NCBI GenBank assembly: GCA_028864975.1
Contig: JAGWLG010000017.1
Span: 1,624-65,623, forward strand
Origin: Thermoplasmata archaeon
GTDB taxonomy: Archaea > Thermoplasmatota > Thermoplasmata > Lutacidiplasmatales > UBA184
Length of the DNA: 64,000 nt
Direction of reading: 5' to 3'
Position 1 is the first letter of the stretch. Each line of letters opens with the position of its first letter. The notes below the pieces were generated by a model. It was not told the DNA's origin. It saw only the letters and a list, made by a program, of their open reading frames with translations, and ran no database searches. The translations under genes and the position numbers were made by a program. Below, one piece after another: positions 11,501 to 17,789 of the stretch.

Positions 11501-14007
11501 CGGTGAGTCCGGGGACGGGATGGGTCGCGGATGGATCCTCGGTGAGCATCTCGGCGGGACCTGCAGCGGGTTACGCTTTCTCGGCCTGGACGGGCACGGG
11601 CGCGTCCGGGGCTTACAGCGGCGCCAACGACCCCCAGACCCTCACGGTCAACGGCGGCATCAACGAGACCGCGACCTTCGTGACCTCCGGGGGGACCTAC
11701 ACGGTGACCTTCACCGAGACCGGGGTCCAGAGCTGGCTCTCGGCCTGGTCCGTCACCCTAGACGGCGTGACGAACTCCGCAGCCCCCGGTGCCTCGATCT
11801 CCTTCACGGTGGCGAACGGACAGTCCTACTCCTTCTCCGTGGCCAACATCGTCGACAACACGTGGGTCCAGGATGTCCCCTCGCCCGCGAGCGGCACGGG
11901 CAGTGCGGCCACGACGGTCGCCGTGACGTTCTCCGCAGAGGACCTCCTCACGATGGCGTTCGCGCCGAGCGGGTCGGGGACGGTCAGTCCGGGCACCGAA
12001 TGGGTCGCCGACGGCTCCTCCGTCGCCATCTCGGCGGGGGCGGCCTCCGGATACGTCTTCTCGAGCTGGACGGGAACGGGGGCGACGGGGGCCTACACCG
12101 GGACCAATGACCCGCAGACCATCACGGTCAACGGCGGCATCAACGAGACCGCGACGTTCGTGGCCTCCGGAAGCTACACCGTCACGTTCACCGAGACAGG
12201 GCTCCAGAGCTGGTACCCCTCCTGGTCGGTCACCTTGAACGGCGTGACGAACAGCGCGGCGCCGGGAGCATCGATCAGCTTCTCGGTCCCCACCGGGCAA
12301 TCGTATGGCTACACGGTGGGAGCGATCCTGCCCAACGCTTGGCAGATCGACCGACCGACACCGGGGAGCGGGTCCGGCAGCAGTGCGGCCACCCTCCCGC
12401 AGACGTTCCTGATCTTCGACCAGGTGGCGATGACCGCAACGCCCTCCGCCGGAGGCTCGGTCGCGCCGGGAACGGTCTTCGTGCAAGACGGTTCGACCCT
12501 CACGATGTGGGCGAACGCGAGCGCGGGGTACACCTTCTCCAGCTGGACGGGAACTGGCGCCAGCGGGGCCTACAGCGGCACGACGGACCCGGTGACCATC
12601 ACCGTCAACGGAGGGATCAACGAGACGGCGAACTTCGTGGCCATCCCGCCCCCACCGACCTTCGCGGTGACCTTCACGGAGACCAATCTGGCCACCGGAA
12701 CTAGCTGGTCCGTCTCTCTCAACGGGGCGACAATGACCTCGACGAGCGCGACCATCACGTTCACCGAGCCCGATGGGACCTACGGCTTCGCGGTCCAGGA
12801 CCCGGTGGCGGGCGGCGGTGGGATCCAGTACGTGCCGGCTCCCCCCACGGGAAGCCTCACCGTCAGCGGGGCGGCCGCGAGTCAGACCATCGCGTTCAGT
12901 GCTTGGTACTACCTCGGAGTGTCAGCCTCGCCCGCGTCCGACGGAACGGCATCCCCCGCGAGCGGCTGGTTCGTCTCGGGCTCCACGCTCGCCTTGACGG
13001 CCGTCCCCGCCGCGGGGTACGCCTTCTCGGCGTGGGCAGGTACGGGGACGGGGTCCTACTCTGGCGCGAGCGACCCCGCGAGCCTCACCCTCAACGGGCC
13101 GGTGAACGAGACGGCGACGTTCTCGGCCCTACCGACGATGTACGTGGTCGCGATCGCCACGAGCCCCACCGGGTGCGGAGCGATCGTGCTCAACAGTGTG
13201 CCCTACACGGACGGCGCGACCGCGACGCTCGCGGCAGGGACCTATTCGATCTCTGCGACGGCTTGCCCCGGCTTCGCCCTCAGCGGGGCCATCTCGGCCT
13301 CGGGCGGCGTGTCCATCACCAGTGGGAGCGCGAAGGTGAGCGGGAACGGCGGGCTCTCGGCCACGTTCGTGTCGAGCGCCCCGGCCCCGCTCACGTGGAT
13401 CGCCGGCACAGTCGCGCCGGGGACCGCCGCGGTGATGCTGGACAACCGCTCGGTCACCGTCACGGGCGGGATGTTCAACGTCTCCGTCAGCGGAGGACAC
13501 CACTACCTGTGGGCCTGGCAGACCGGCTACATCGGCTGGTTCACGAACCTCACGGTCCCGACCGGGACCCACGCCTTCGTGACCATCTCCCTGGAGGCGG
13601 TACCAACCACAACGCAGACGTCCCCGGGGAACTCGAACGGCCTGCTCTTCTCCGGGAGCGGCATCCCGCTATGGGCGTTCCTGCTCCTGCTGCTCGTCCT
13701 GATCGGGGTCATCATCGTCCTGGCCGTGGCCCTGAGGAAGCGCCGCAATCCCCCGCCACCGCTCGAGGAGGCCGCCTCGGGGGCCGCCATGGGAGCGACT
13801 GCCGGGGGCGCGGAGGCCGCGCCGGACGCCACAGAGGCCCCTCCACCGCCTCCTCCGCCACCTTCGGAGGAGACGCAGGACGCTTCCACGGAGGCCCAGC
13901 CCGCTCCGGAGGAAACGGGTAGCGTGGAGCAGGGAGGGAGCGGAGAGGTCCAGGTCGAATCGCCCCCGGGGGAGAATGATGGGGACGAGAGTGCACCGGA
14001 CGGCTGA
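5536..14007 (+). CDS. Giant surface protein (~2820 aa). N-terminal globular domain, Ig-like/beta-rich region, 10 tandem ~160-aa modules, C-terminal beta-sandwich, TM anchor and acidic/poly-Pro tail
   Basis: The long ORF is 5380..14007. A signal-like segment (RWHLLALTLAFVFLMAVPGLPSGAAS) follows the Mets at 5536 and 5563, so the start is taken at 5536 with 5563 as an alternative. Modules read 'TYTVTFTETGVQxWxxxWxVTLNGVT...SYSYxV' plus 'DLLTxAVxPAxSGTVSPGTGWVxDGxxVxISAGxAxGYxFxSWTGTGAxGAYSGxNDPQxxTVNGGINETAxF'. The C-terminus has LWAFLLLLLVLIGVIIVLAVAL followed by RKRRN and PPPPPPPP. Confidence 0.9.
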   Translation: MPEPGDCLPMESCHFESTLSEKGRTAPGPRWHLLALTLAFVFLMAVPGLPSGAASTTPALPHPATAHTNTLQTLPTLPPGFLGRLGGVAHFLPSTLLFPSGESARSSAASPNIVSYCGAFGCGPLTYYGGPVMHNPTVYQIWWEPSGFTYDGTDTLSVGASDQEYRNVINGWFLNDTNSGWMTLLQQYTDGSGAPGKTVTLAGQFMDTSAFPCGTCGSVRTPLYDSDVQTEVQKIITNYGTPDGYNTEYFVYTPLGVVECQANPPGRQGCTANAGGTYAGYCAYHGGFTDANANPATYAYMYDVGSSLGSCSSWTDTVFPYGANGDQYADYEISVVSHEFAESITDVDVWQATTCSSGTTLAWYDCTYGEIGDECAYVFPGAGALQDHPVAVQLQHPYFYQPEYSNSAGSCAFDPASLPAASGPSIVNVNAQPSTITLGQTTHIFVNVTNTASAAQWGNLTVDFPGASAGSLSIVAAHTTFSATPTVVPTGTVIQGCYSVCKVTTTYPAVVAFQAPWAASSTYELEVAYTPTTSGALNYFVKATMGAQGIDQATEWVPLSNAVTDQQRENVTSYSITVNPSASHTVTLSINPATGGGYLTSGANSYYNGQPLTVPTAGLTIGFVANPGWHWVAPYGTTLADSVSGSTLTATSNGGKLFLNFTQYPLVTYVVNPSTCSPLANAINTTGTVAAMTTGGTSNFFDVYGTQAPMPNPLGISAPACAGNTFTTWGAGPAITFGSAATTATNTITKLTSNATLWANYTATPNPTVTFILNPGTGAGAVRVNGVAYYNSQTESTLAAGTYSLAAVVDPWAHFSTWGTSAGLAIGAGTVTITRTGNLYVNFTGYPLLTFATNPTACSPLDFNGSLQATGSSAHYMASGSPFNIGALVCSGETWSTWTSTGGVSVATPTSASTTATLTLPNGTLTANYAAVSTYTVTFNEVGVQTWLPTWGVTLNGVAKTAAPGVAISFTVNTGTSYSYSVPTLAVNTWVQDLPSPASGTGSSAATISTTFTVQDLLTMAVAPAASGTVGPGTGWVADGVGVSISAGAAPGYSFSSWTGAPAARGAYSGTNDPQTVTPSGGGINETANFVAATTYAVTFSESGVQAWFPTWGVTLNGVTKTAAPGVSITFNLPTGTSYSYTVPTIAVNAWVQDVPTPNSGSGSVAATIPVAFQVQDLLTTAVSPAASGTVSPGTGWVADGVGVAISAGPASGYAFSSWTGAPAARGAYSGTNNPQTVTPSGGGINETANFAALTSYTVSFSETGVQAWYPTWGVTLNGVTKTAAPGVGISFTIPTGTSYSYTVGTIAVNAWVQDVPGPSSGSGSTAATVAVTFQIQDLLTMAVSPAASGSVSPGTGWIADGVGVAISAGAAAGYSFGAWMGTPAARGAYSGTNDPQTVTPSGGGINETADFTAATTYAVTFSESGVQGWWASWGVTLNGVSKTAAPGVSITFNVPTGTPYSYTVPSIAVNTWVQDIPVPASGSGSAAATVAVAFAVEDLLTMAVAPAASGTVSPGTGWVPAGSIVSISAGPASGYVFSSWTGTGATGAYSGTNDPQSITVNGGINETANFAATTTYTVTFTESGVQTWWASWGVTLDGVTKTAAPGGSISFSVPTGQSYSFTVGSIAVNTWVQDVPSPASGSGSTTATVAVAFSVKDLLTMSVSPVNSGTVSPGTEWVATGTPVTISAGAAAGYVFSSWAGTGASGAYSGASNPDTITVNGGINETANFVAPGTYTVTFTETGVQSWIATWSVTLNGVTNTAALGSPINFIVTTGTSYSYSVSTITVNTWVQDQPSPSGGTGSSAATIAITYTVEDLLTTAVSPASSGTVSPATGWVPDLTPVSLSAGPASGYAFGSWTGTGATGAYSGSNNPQSITVNGGINETANFVPTTTYTVTFTETGVQAWWSGWGVTLNGVTTTSLPGAPVVFNVPTGQSYSYTVGMITVNGWVEDLPSPSSGSGSSAATIAVAFAVEDLLTMSVAPASSGTVSPGTGWVADGSSVSISAGPAAGYAFSAWTGTGASGAYSGANDPQTLTVNGGINETATFVTSGGTYTVTFTETGVQSWLSAWSVTLDGVTNSAAPGASISFTVANGQSYSFSVANIVDNTWVQDVPSPASGTGSAATTVAVTFSAEDLLTMAFAPSGSGTVSPGTEWVADGSSVAISAGAASGYVFSSWTGTGATGAYTGTNDPQTITVNGGINETATFVASGSYTVTFTETGLQSWYPSWSVTLNGVTNSAAPGASISFSVPTGQSYGYTVGAILPNAWQIDRPTPGSGSGSSAATLPQTFLIFDQVAMTATPSAGGSVAPGTVFVQDGSTLTMWANASAGYTFSSWTGTGASGAYSGTTDPVTITVNGGINETANFVAIPPPPTFAVTFTETNLATGTSWSVSLNGATMTSTSATITFTEPDGTYGFAVQDPVAGGGGIQYVPAPPTGSLTVSGAAASQTIAFSAWYYLGVSASPASDGTASPASGWFVSGSTLALTAVPAAGYAFSAWAGTGTGSYSGASDPASLTLNGPVNETATFSALPTMYVVAIATSPTGCGAIVLNSVPYTDGATATLAAGTYSISATACPGFALSGAISASGGVSITSGSAKVSGNGGLSATFVSSAPAPLTWIAGTVAPGTAAVMLDNRSVTVTGGMFNVSVSGGHHYLWAWQTGYIGWFTNLTVPTGTHAFVTISLEAVPTTTQTSPGNSNGLLFSGSGIPLWAFLLLLLVLIGVIIVLAVALRKRRNPPPPLEEAASGAAMGATAGGAEAAPDATEAPPPPPPPPSEETQDASTEAQPAPEETGSVEQGGSGEVQVESPPGENDGDESAPDG
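8338..13127 (+). repeat. In-frame tandem protein-module repeat, period ~480 nt, 10 diverged copies
   Basis: Module starts ('(T/S)Y(T/A)V(T/S)F') recur near nt 8338, 8821, 9301, 9784, 10261, 10741, 11218, 11698, 12175 and 12661. The last copy switches to the 'LATGTSWSVSLNG' flavour used in the upstream gene. Confidence 0.85.
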
Positions 14008-14258
14008 GGGAGACGCGTCCCGTCATCCGAGACCCCCCCTGGGCAGCCCCCCTCGCGATCGGCCACGCGGCGGGGCCGCACGACCTTCCCGAGCTCGCCC
14101 TCGTGCCCCCCACGGGGACTGCACGGAGACGGTGGGGAGGATGCCAGAGCACGCCCCGCTCGACTCGTCCAGAGGGTTCGAGGAAGGGCCCTTGGGCGAG
14201 GGGAGCGCCGGCCCCATCCTGTGACCTGAAACCTTCCTGCGGTCTGCTTGGGAGTGGC

Positions 14259-15056
14259 ATGACCTCTCGGTACCAAGCCCTCTCGCTCGACCTCTGGTTC
14301 ACAACGCTCACCTACGAGCGACCGACGCTCCGGGCGTGGCGGGAAGCCCGCCAGAGGGTCCTGCGGCAGGTCCTCGACCTTCCAGGACCTTTCCCGCCCC
14401 CCGAGGTCCTCGCAAGGGCCCAAGAGGCGGTGAGGACCTCAGCGATGCCCGGAGGGGTCTGGAGAGAGACCCTTGAACCTGCGAGGTACCTCGAGCTCAT
14501 GGCCGAACGTCTGGGAGGGCGTCTGCGCGGAAGCTCGGACGAGGCGGGACAACTCTACTCCGACGCGGGCCTCGCGGAGGCGCCGCCGGTCGTGAACCCT
14601 GAGGCCGCTCACGTCGCCCAAGAGCTGACCGAGCGTGGGGTCCCCGTTCTTGCGATCACCAACACGGCGCGGAGGGGCGTGAGCTGGCAGCGGTTCTTCG
14701 AGCGGAACGGTGGGCCGAAGTTCCAGACCATCGTGACCTCTTGCGAGGTGGGGCATGGTAAGCCGTCGCCGCAGATCTTTGAGGAGGCCGCCGCGCGCTT
14801 GGGGATGCCGTGCTCCGCGATCCTTCACGTCGGGGACCGCTGGGACCTCGACGTCGTCGGGGCCCGGGAGGCGGGAGCGGGGCGCGCGCTCTACCATGGG
14901 CTCTGGGACCGTTACGAGGAGCAGGGCGAGGTCGAGCTCAATCGGAGGTTGGACGACCGAGGTGACGACGTCCTGAGGATCGGCCGGCTTGACGAGCTCC
15001 TGGAGGACCCGACGCTCTTCTCGCCACGGGACGGTCCCGCAGGGGACCACCCTTAA
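14259..15056 (+). CDS. HAD-superfamily hydrolase (haloacid-dehalogenase-like subfamily)
   Basis: Motif I variant 'LSLDLWFTTL' keeps the nucleophile Asp, but the D+2 position is Trp. 'ITNTARRG' resembles motif II. 'SCEVGHGKPSPQIFEEAAARLG' carries the motif III Lys. 'LHVGDRWDLDVVGAREAGAG' matches motif IV. The start is taken at the internal Met (MTSRYQ) just before motif I. The longer ORF from 14103 is Arg/Pro-rich and looks non-coding. Confidence 0.75.
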   Translation: MTSRYQALSLDLWFTTLTYERPTLRAWREARQRVLRQVLDLPGPFPPPEVLARAQEAVRTSAMPGGVWRETLEPARYLELMAERLGGRLRGSSDEAGQLYSDAGLAEAPPVVNPEAAHVAQELTERGVPVLAITNTARRGVSWQRFFERNGGPKFQTIVTSCEVGHGKPSPQIFEEAAARLGMPCSAILHVGDRWDLDVVGAREAGAGRALYHGLWDRYEEQGEVELNRRLDDRGDDVLRIGRLDELLEDPTLFSPRDGPAGDHP

Positions 15057-15119
15057 CTCGCGTAGGGCCCGCGTGGCCACGTCACGAGTGTCTTGTAGAC
15101 GTACCCCTCTGCGGGGCCC

Positions 15120-15839
15120 ATGGCCGGGGACCCCAAGCTCACACCGCCCGACATCGACCACCAAACGATGGACGACAAGAACTTCGCGACGGGGGACCTC
15201 GCGCAAGCTTGGCAGCTGCTCACCCGACCGACGTTCACCATCCGGCGCGAGATGAAGGACATCGAGGGGTACTACGTCGAGGACCACCGACTGAAGCTCC
15301 TCAACAAGCCCCACATCCTGGGGAAGGTCCTCTGGGTCCAGAACGGGGGCTGGTCGGTACAGGACCCGAACGGGCAGACCTTGGCGATGTTATGGCGGCA
15401 GCACACCGAGGACCACTCGGTGGACAACCTCTCCTCGCTGGCGCACATGGGGTTCCACCGGTGGGAGGACGCCCGCAAGAGGGAGGAGACGGCCTCGATC
15501 TACTGCCTCGCGAACACCGACAAGACGGTCCGGTTCTTCGTCACGTTCGCGCACGGCGAGGCGATCCTCGACTCGCCGTCGAACCGACCCGTGCTGAAGA
15601 TGGCCAAGGGCACGAGCGAGAACAACATCGAGCTCACCGACGCGTTCGACGACCCGGTGGCCTCGGTGCATACCGACGCCACGACCTTCGCCGAGACGCA
15701 CGAGGTCGCGATCCAGGAGGCGGTCGACCCCTTCCTCGTCGCGACGTTCACCATCACGATGAGCCTCGAGATGGGGTTCGAGCACGGGGGGCAGTGGCGT
15801 TCGCCCTACGCCCACCTCGATTTCACCAAGACCGAGTAG
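15120..15839 (+). CDS. Hypothetical cytoplasmic protein (239 aa)
   Basis: Clean ORF with balanced amino-acid composition and GC-rich third codon positions. I see no motif I can name with confidence. There is a faint resemblance to LURP-one/DUF567-type beta-barrel proteins, which I do not assert. Confidence 0.6.
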   Translation: MAGDPKLTPPDIDHQTMDDKNFATGDLAQAWQLLTRPTFTIRREMKDIEGYYVEDHRLKLLNKPHILGKVLWVQNGGWSVQDPNGQTLAMLWRQHTEDHSVDNLSSLAHMGFHRWEDARKREETASIYCLANTDKTVRFFVTFAHGEAILDSPSNRPVLKMAKGTSENNIELTDAFDDPVASVHTDATTFAETHEVAIQEAVDPFLVATFTITMSLEMGFEHGGQWRSPYAHLDFTKTE

Positions 15840-15884
15840 CGTCCTCCGTGAGGGGAGCGTCGGGCGGGGGATGCTCTGCCCTCG

Positions 15885-16043
15885 TCACCGCTGCCAATCG
15901 TAGGAGACCTTGTTCGTGATCGACCTCTGGTCGCTCGGGTTATCGGTCCGGACATCCATCTTTCGCGCGATCTCGGCGACCAGCTGTTCCAACCGCGCCA
16001 CTCGACGTTCGAGCGCTCTCAAGTCTTCCTGGGAAGCCGACAT
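15885..16043 (-). CDS. Possible small coiled-coil protein (52 aa)
   Basis: This ORF is below the ORF-track size cut-off and I read it directly: MSASQEDLRALERRVARLEQLVAEIARKMDVRTDNPSDQRSITNKVSYDWQR. It has a heptad-like N-terminal half. Coding status is unproven. Confidence 0.3.
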   Translation of the reverse strand: MSASQEDLRALERRVARLEQLVAEIARKMDVRTDNPSDQRSITNKVSYDWQR

Positions 16044-16109
16044 GGTCTGCGGACCTCTAGGACGGACCCAAGCGTAAAGCTCTCCCCTCGTCCCGGGGGA
16101 GCCTCCGCC

Positions 16110-16316
16110 TCACTGCCGCCAGTTCTCGTCCTGGTACTCGGGGAGGTCGTAGGAGAGCAGACGGGGGATGTACTTCGGCTGGAACTTCGTGGGCGAGCGG
16201 GCCTTGCCCCCGACCGACGGGAGAGGTGAGGACGCGGGCACGGTGAGGGCGGGTGCCGGGGCCGGGTTCGCAGGCGTGTTCTTCCGGGGCGAGCGTTCGT
16301 CGGTTGGAGCGGGCAT
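16110..16316 (-). CDS. Possible small Pro-rich protein (68 aa) downstream of the membrane-protein gene
   Basis: An internal Met of ORF 16110..16691 gives MPAPTDERSPRKNTPANPAP...KFQPKYIPRLLSYDLPEYQDENWRQ. Third codon positions are GC-rich and the ORF lies 37 nt downstream of the stop at 16354. No motif was recognised. Confidence 0.3.
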   Translation of the reverse strand: MPAPTDERSPRKNTPANPAPAPALTVPASSPLPSVGGKARSPTKFQPKYIPRLLSYDLPEYQDENWRQ

Positions 16317-16353
16317 CCTTCCCTGGCCTCGGCTTCGACGGGGCGGGCCCTGC

Positions 16354-17607
16354 TTATGAATCTTGGGTCGAGCGAAGCGTCGGCGTGACAGGTCCCGGCA
16401 TGGAAGGGGACGCGGAGGGGGTCGGGACCGAGAGCAGGAGCGGGGCGCTCGCGCGCTGCGGGAACAGCGCGACCCAGATCGCCCAAACGGAGAGGAGGGC
16501 GTGCTGGAAAGCCCAGTGGAAGAGGAGCGCGGGCCCCACGACCGTGTCGGGAGGCGCGGCCCCCCAGGAGGCAGGGGCCCCCAGATACCCCATGCCCTCG
16601 TTGATGAGGCCCCCCAGGCCCGCGGAGACGAGGGGTGCGGGGACCCAGAAACCCCAGGAGACCCCCGCGAGGAGGAGGACGAACCTCCCACCTCGGCCCG
16701 GTGCGGATGAGCACCATCGCGAGATGTAGCGCGCCCCTTCCGTCGGAAAGAACCCCATGAAGATCGCCGTCAGGCTGAGCAGCTGGTGCTCGAGGGCCCA
16801 GTGATAGAGCAGGGCGGGCGTGACGGCACTAGAGGGAGTGTTTCCCATCTCCACGAACATCGCGAGGGACCAGGTGATCCCCGCTACGATCAGGCTCAGC
16901 CGCAACAGGACCGAGGAGAGGACCCGGCGGTCGAAGCGCAGCTTCTCCGTCGGGCAGGCTCGGGCCTGGGAGATGGCCCGTTCCTGCGCGATGAGCGCGA
17001 GCCAGATCACCGCGATCTGGAAGAGGCTCACGTACCAGTCGTTGTAGAGGACCTGGGAGGCGGTGACCGCGGAGAGGCCGGCGACCACGGCCACGACCGA
17101 GGGGCCGACACAGGTCACGCAGCAACAGGCGCCCAGCGCGGAGAGCCCCGCGATCCCCGGCAGAGTGCCGGCGACCGTGGGGGCCGTGCCGGCGCTCCCG
17201 CCCTCCTCGTCCTCAGGGTCGCGGCGCCGTGATCGGCGGAGGAGCTCGACCGCGACGACCACCCCGATGCCGGTGCCGATGGCGGCGATGACCATCGTGA
17301 ACGTGGCCAGGAAGGGGAACTGGGCCTGGATCCCCGGACCCCAGACCAAGAGGTTCGGGAAGTCCCAGATCGGGCCCCCCGGGGGCGCGAAGAGCGCCCC
17401 TTGTACGATCCATGCCTCGTTCCAGCTCCCGACGATGAGCATCTCGCCCGAGAGCATGACCACCCAGGTGTAGAGCCAGGCGATCAGCCCCACGCGACGC
17501 CAGCCGACCTCGCGGACGATCGCCCTCAGCGAAGGCAGGCTCGCGAGACAAAGAGCACGCTCGAGCCCTCTCGCGACAAGCCGCAGCGAGGAGACATCGC
17601 TCGGCAC
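16354..17607 (-). CDS. Polytopic membrane protein of unknown function
   Basis: Multiple hydrophobic helices, a Cys cluster 'GACCCVTCVGPS' inside a helix, and paired 'LLYHWALEHQLLS' / 'LLFHWAFQHALLS' motifs. The ORF as listed reaches 17787, 2 nt from the divergent gene. I place the start at the in-frame GTG at 17607, which lies about 26 nt downstream of a 'cctatagg' box. Other candidate starts are 17493 and 17457. Confidence 0.6.
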   Translation of the reverse strand: MPSDVSSLRLVARGLERALCLASLPSLRAIVREVGWRRVGLIAWLYTWVVMLSGEMLIVGSWNEAWIVQGALFAPPGGPIWDFPNLLVWGPGIQAQFPFLATFTMVIAAIGTGIGVVVAVELLRRSRRRDPEDEEGGSAGTAPTVAGTLPGIAGLSALGACCCVTCVGPSVVAVVAGLSAVTASQVLYNDWYVSLFQIAVIWLALIAQERAISQARACPTEKLRFDRRVLSSVLLRLSLIVAGITWSLAMFVEMGNTPSSAVTPALLYHWALEHQLLSLTAIFMGFFPTEGARYISRWCSSAPGRGGRFVLLLAGVSWGFWVPAPLVSAGLGGLINEGMGYLGAPASWGAAPPDTVVGPALLFHWAFQHALLSVWAIWVALFPQRASAPLLLSVPTPSASPSMPGPVTPTLRSTQDS

Positions 17608-17630
17608 GAGAGATGGAGGCGACGCTCGGC

Positions 17631-17636
17631 CTATAG
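17631..17636 (-). promoter_or_regulatory. TATA-like box (ctatag) about 26 nt upstream of GTG 17607
   Basis: AT-rich hexamer in GC-rich sequence. The spacing matches the other candidate boxes in the window. Confidence 0.3.
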
Positions 17637-17789
17637 GGCCGTTGGTGCAGGACCGAACTCGTCCATCCGGATATCGGACTTCGGTTACGGACCGACGCGT
17701 GTGCGCCGTGGTCACGCCTTTATAGCCCGTGCCAATCCAAAACGCGGCAAGCTCCTGGGGACGCACCGGGGGCATGAGGCACGTCATCG

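Noticed and set aside
1-13127. Whether the ~480-nt tandem periodicities could be a CRISPR array or satellite DNA.
   Set aside because: The period is far too long. Copies are diverged and maintain one open reading frame with conserved protein motifs. No short direct repeat/spacer structure exists anywhere in the window.
14103-14258. Long N-terminal extension of the HAD gene, and the many small ORFs in 13976-14500.
   Set aside because: The translations are Arg/Pro/Gly-rich with no motifs. HAD motif I begins right after Met 14259, which gives a normal-length enzyme.
15885-16316. Similar C-termini of the two small minus-strand ORFs ('...KVSYDWQR*' and '...LLSYDLPEYQDENWRQ*').
   Set aside because: Only a few residues match (SYD...W.Q/R). 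Both ORFs are themselves low-confidence, so the match is most likely coincidence.
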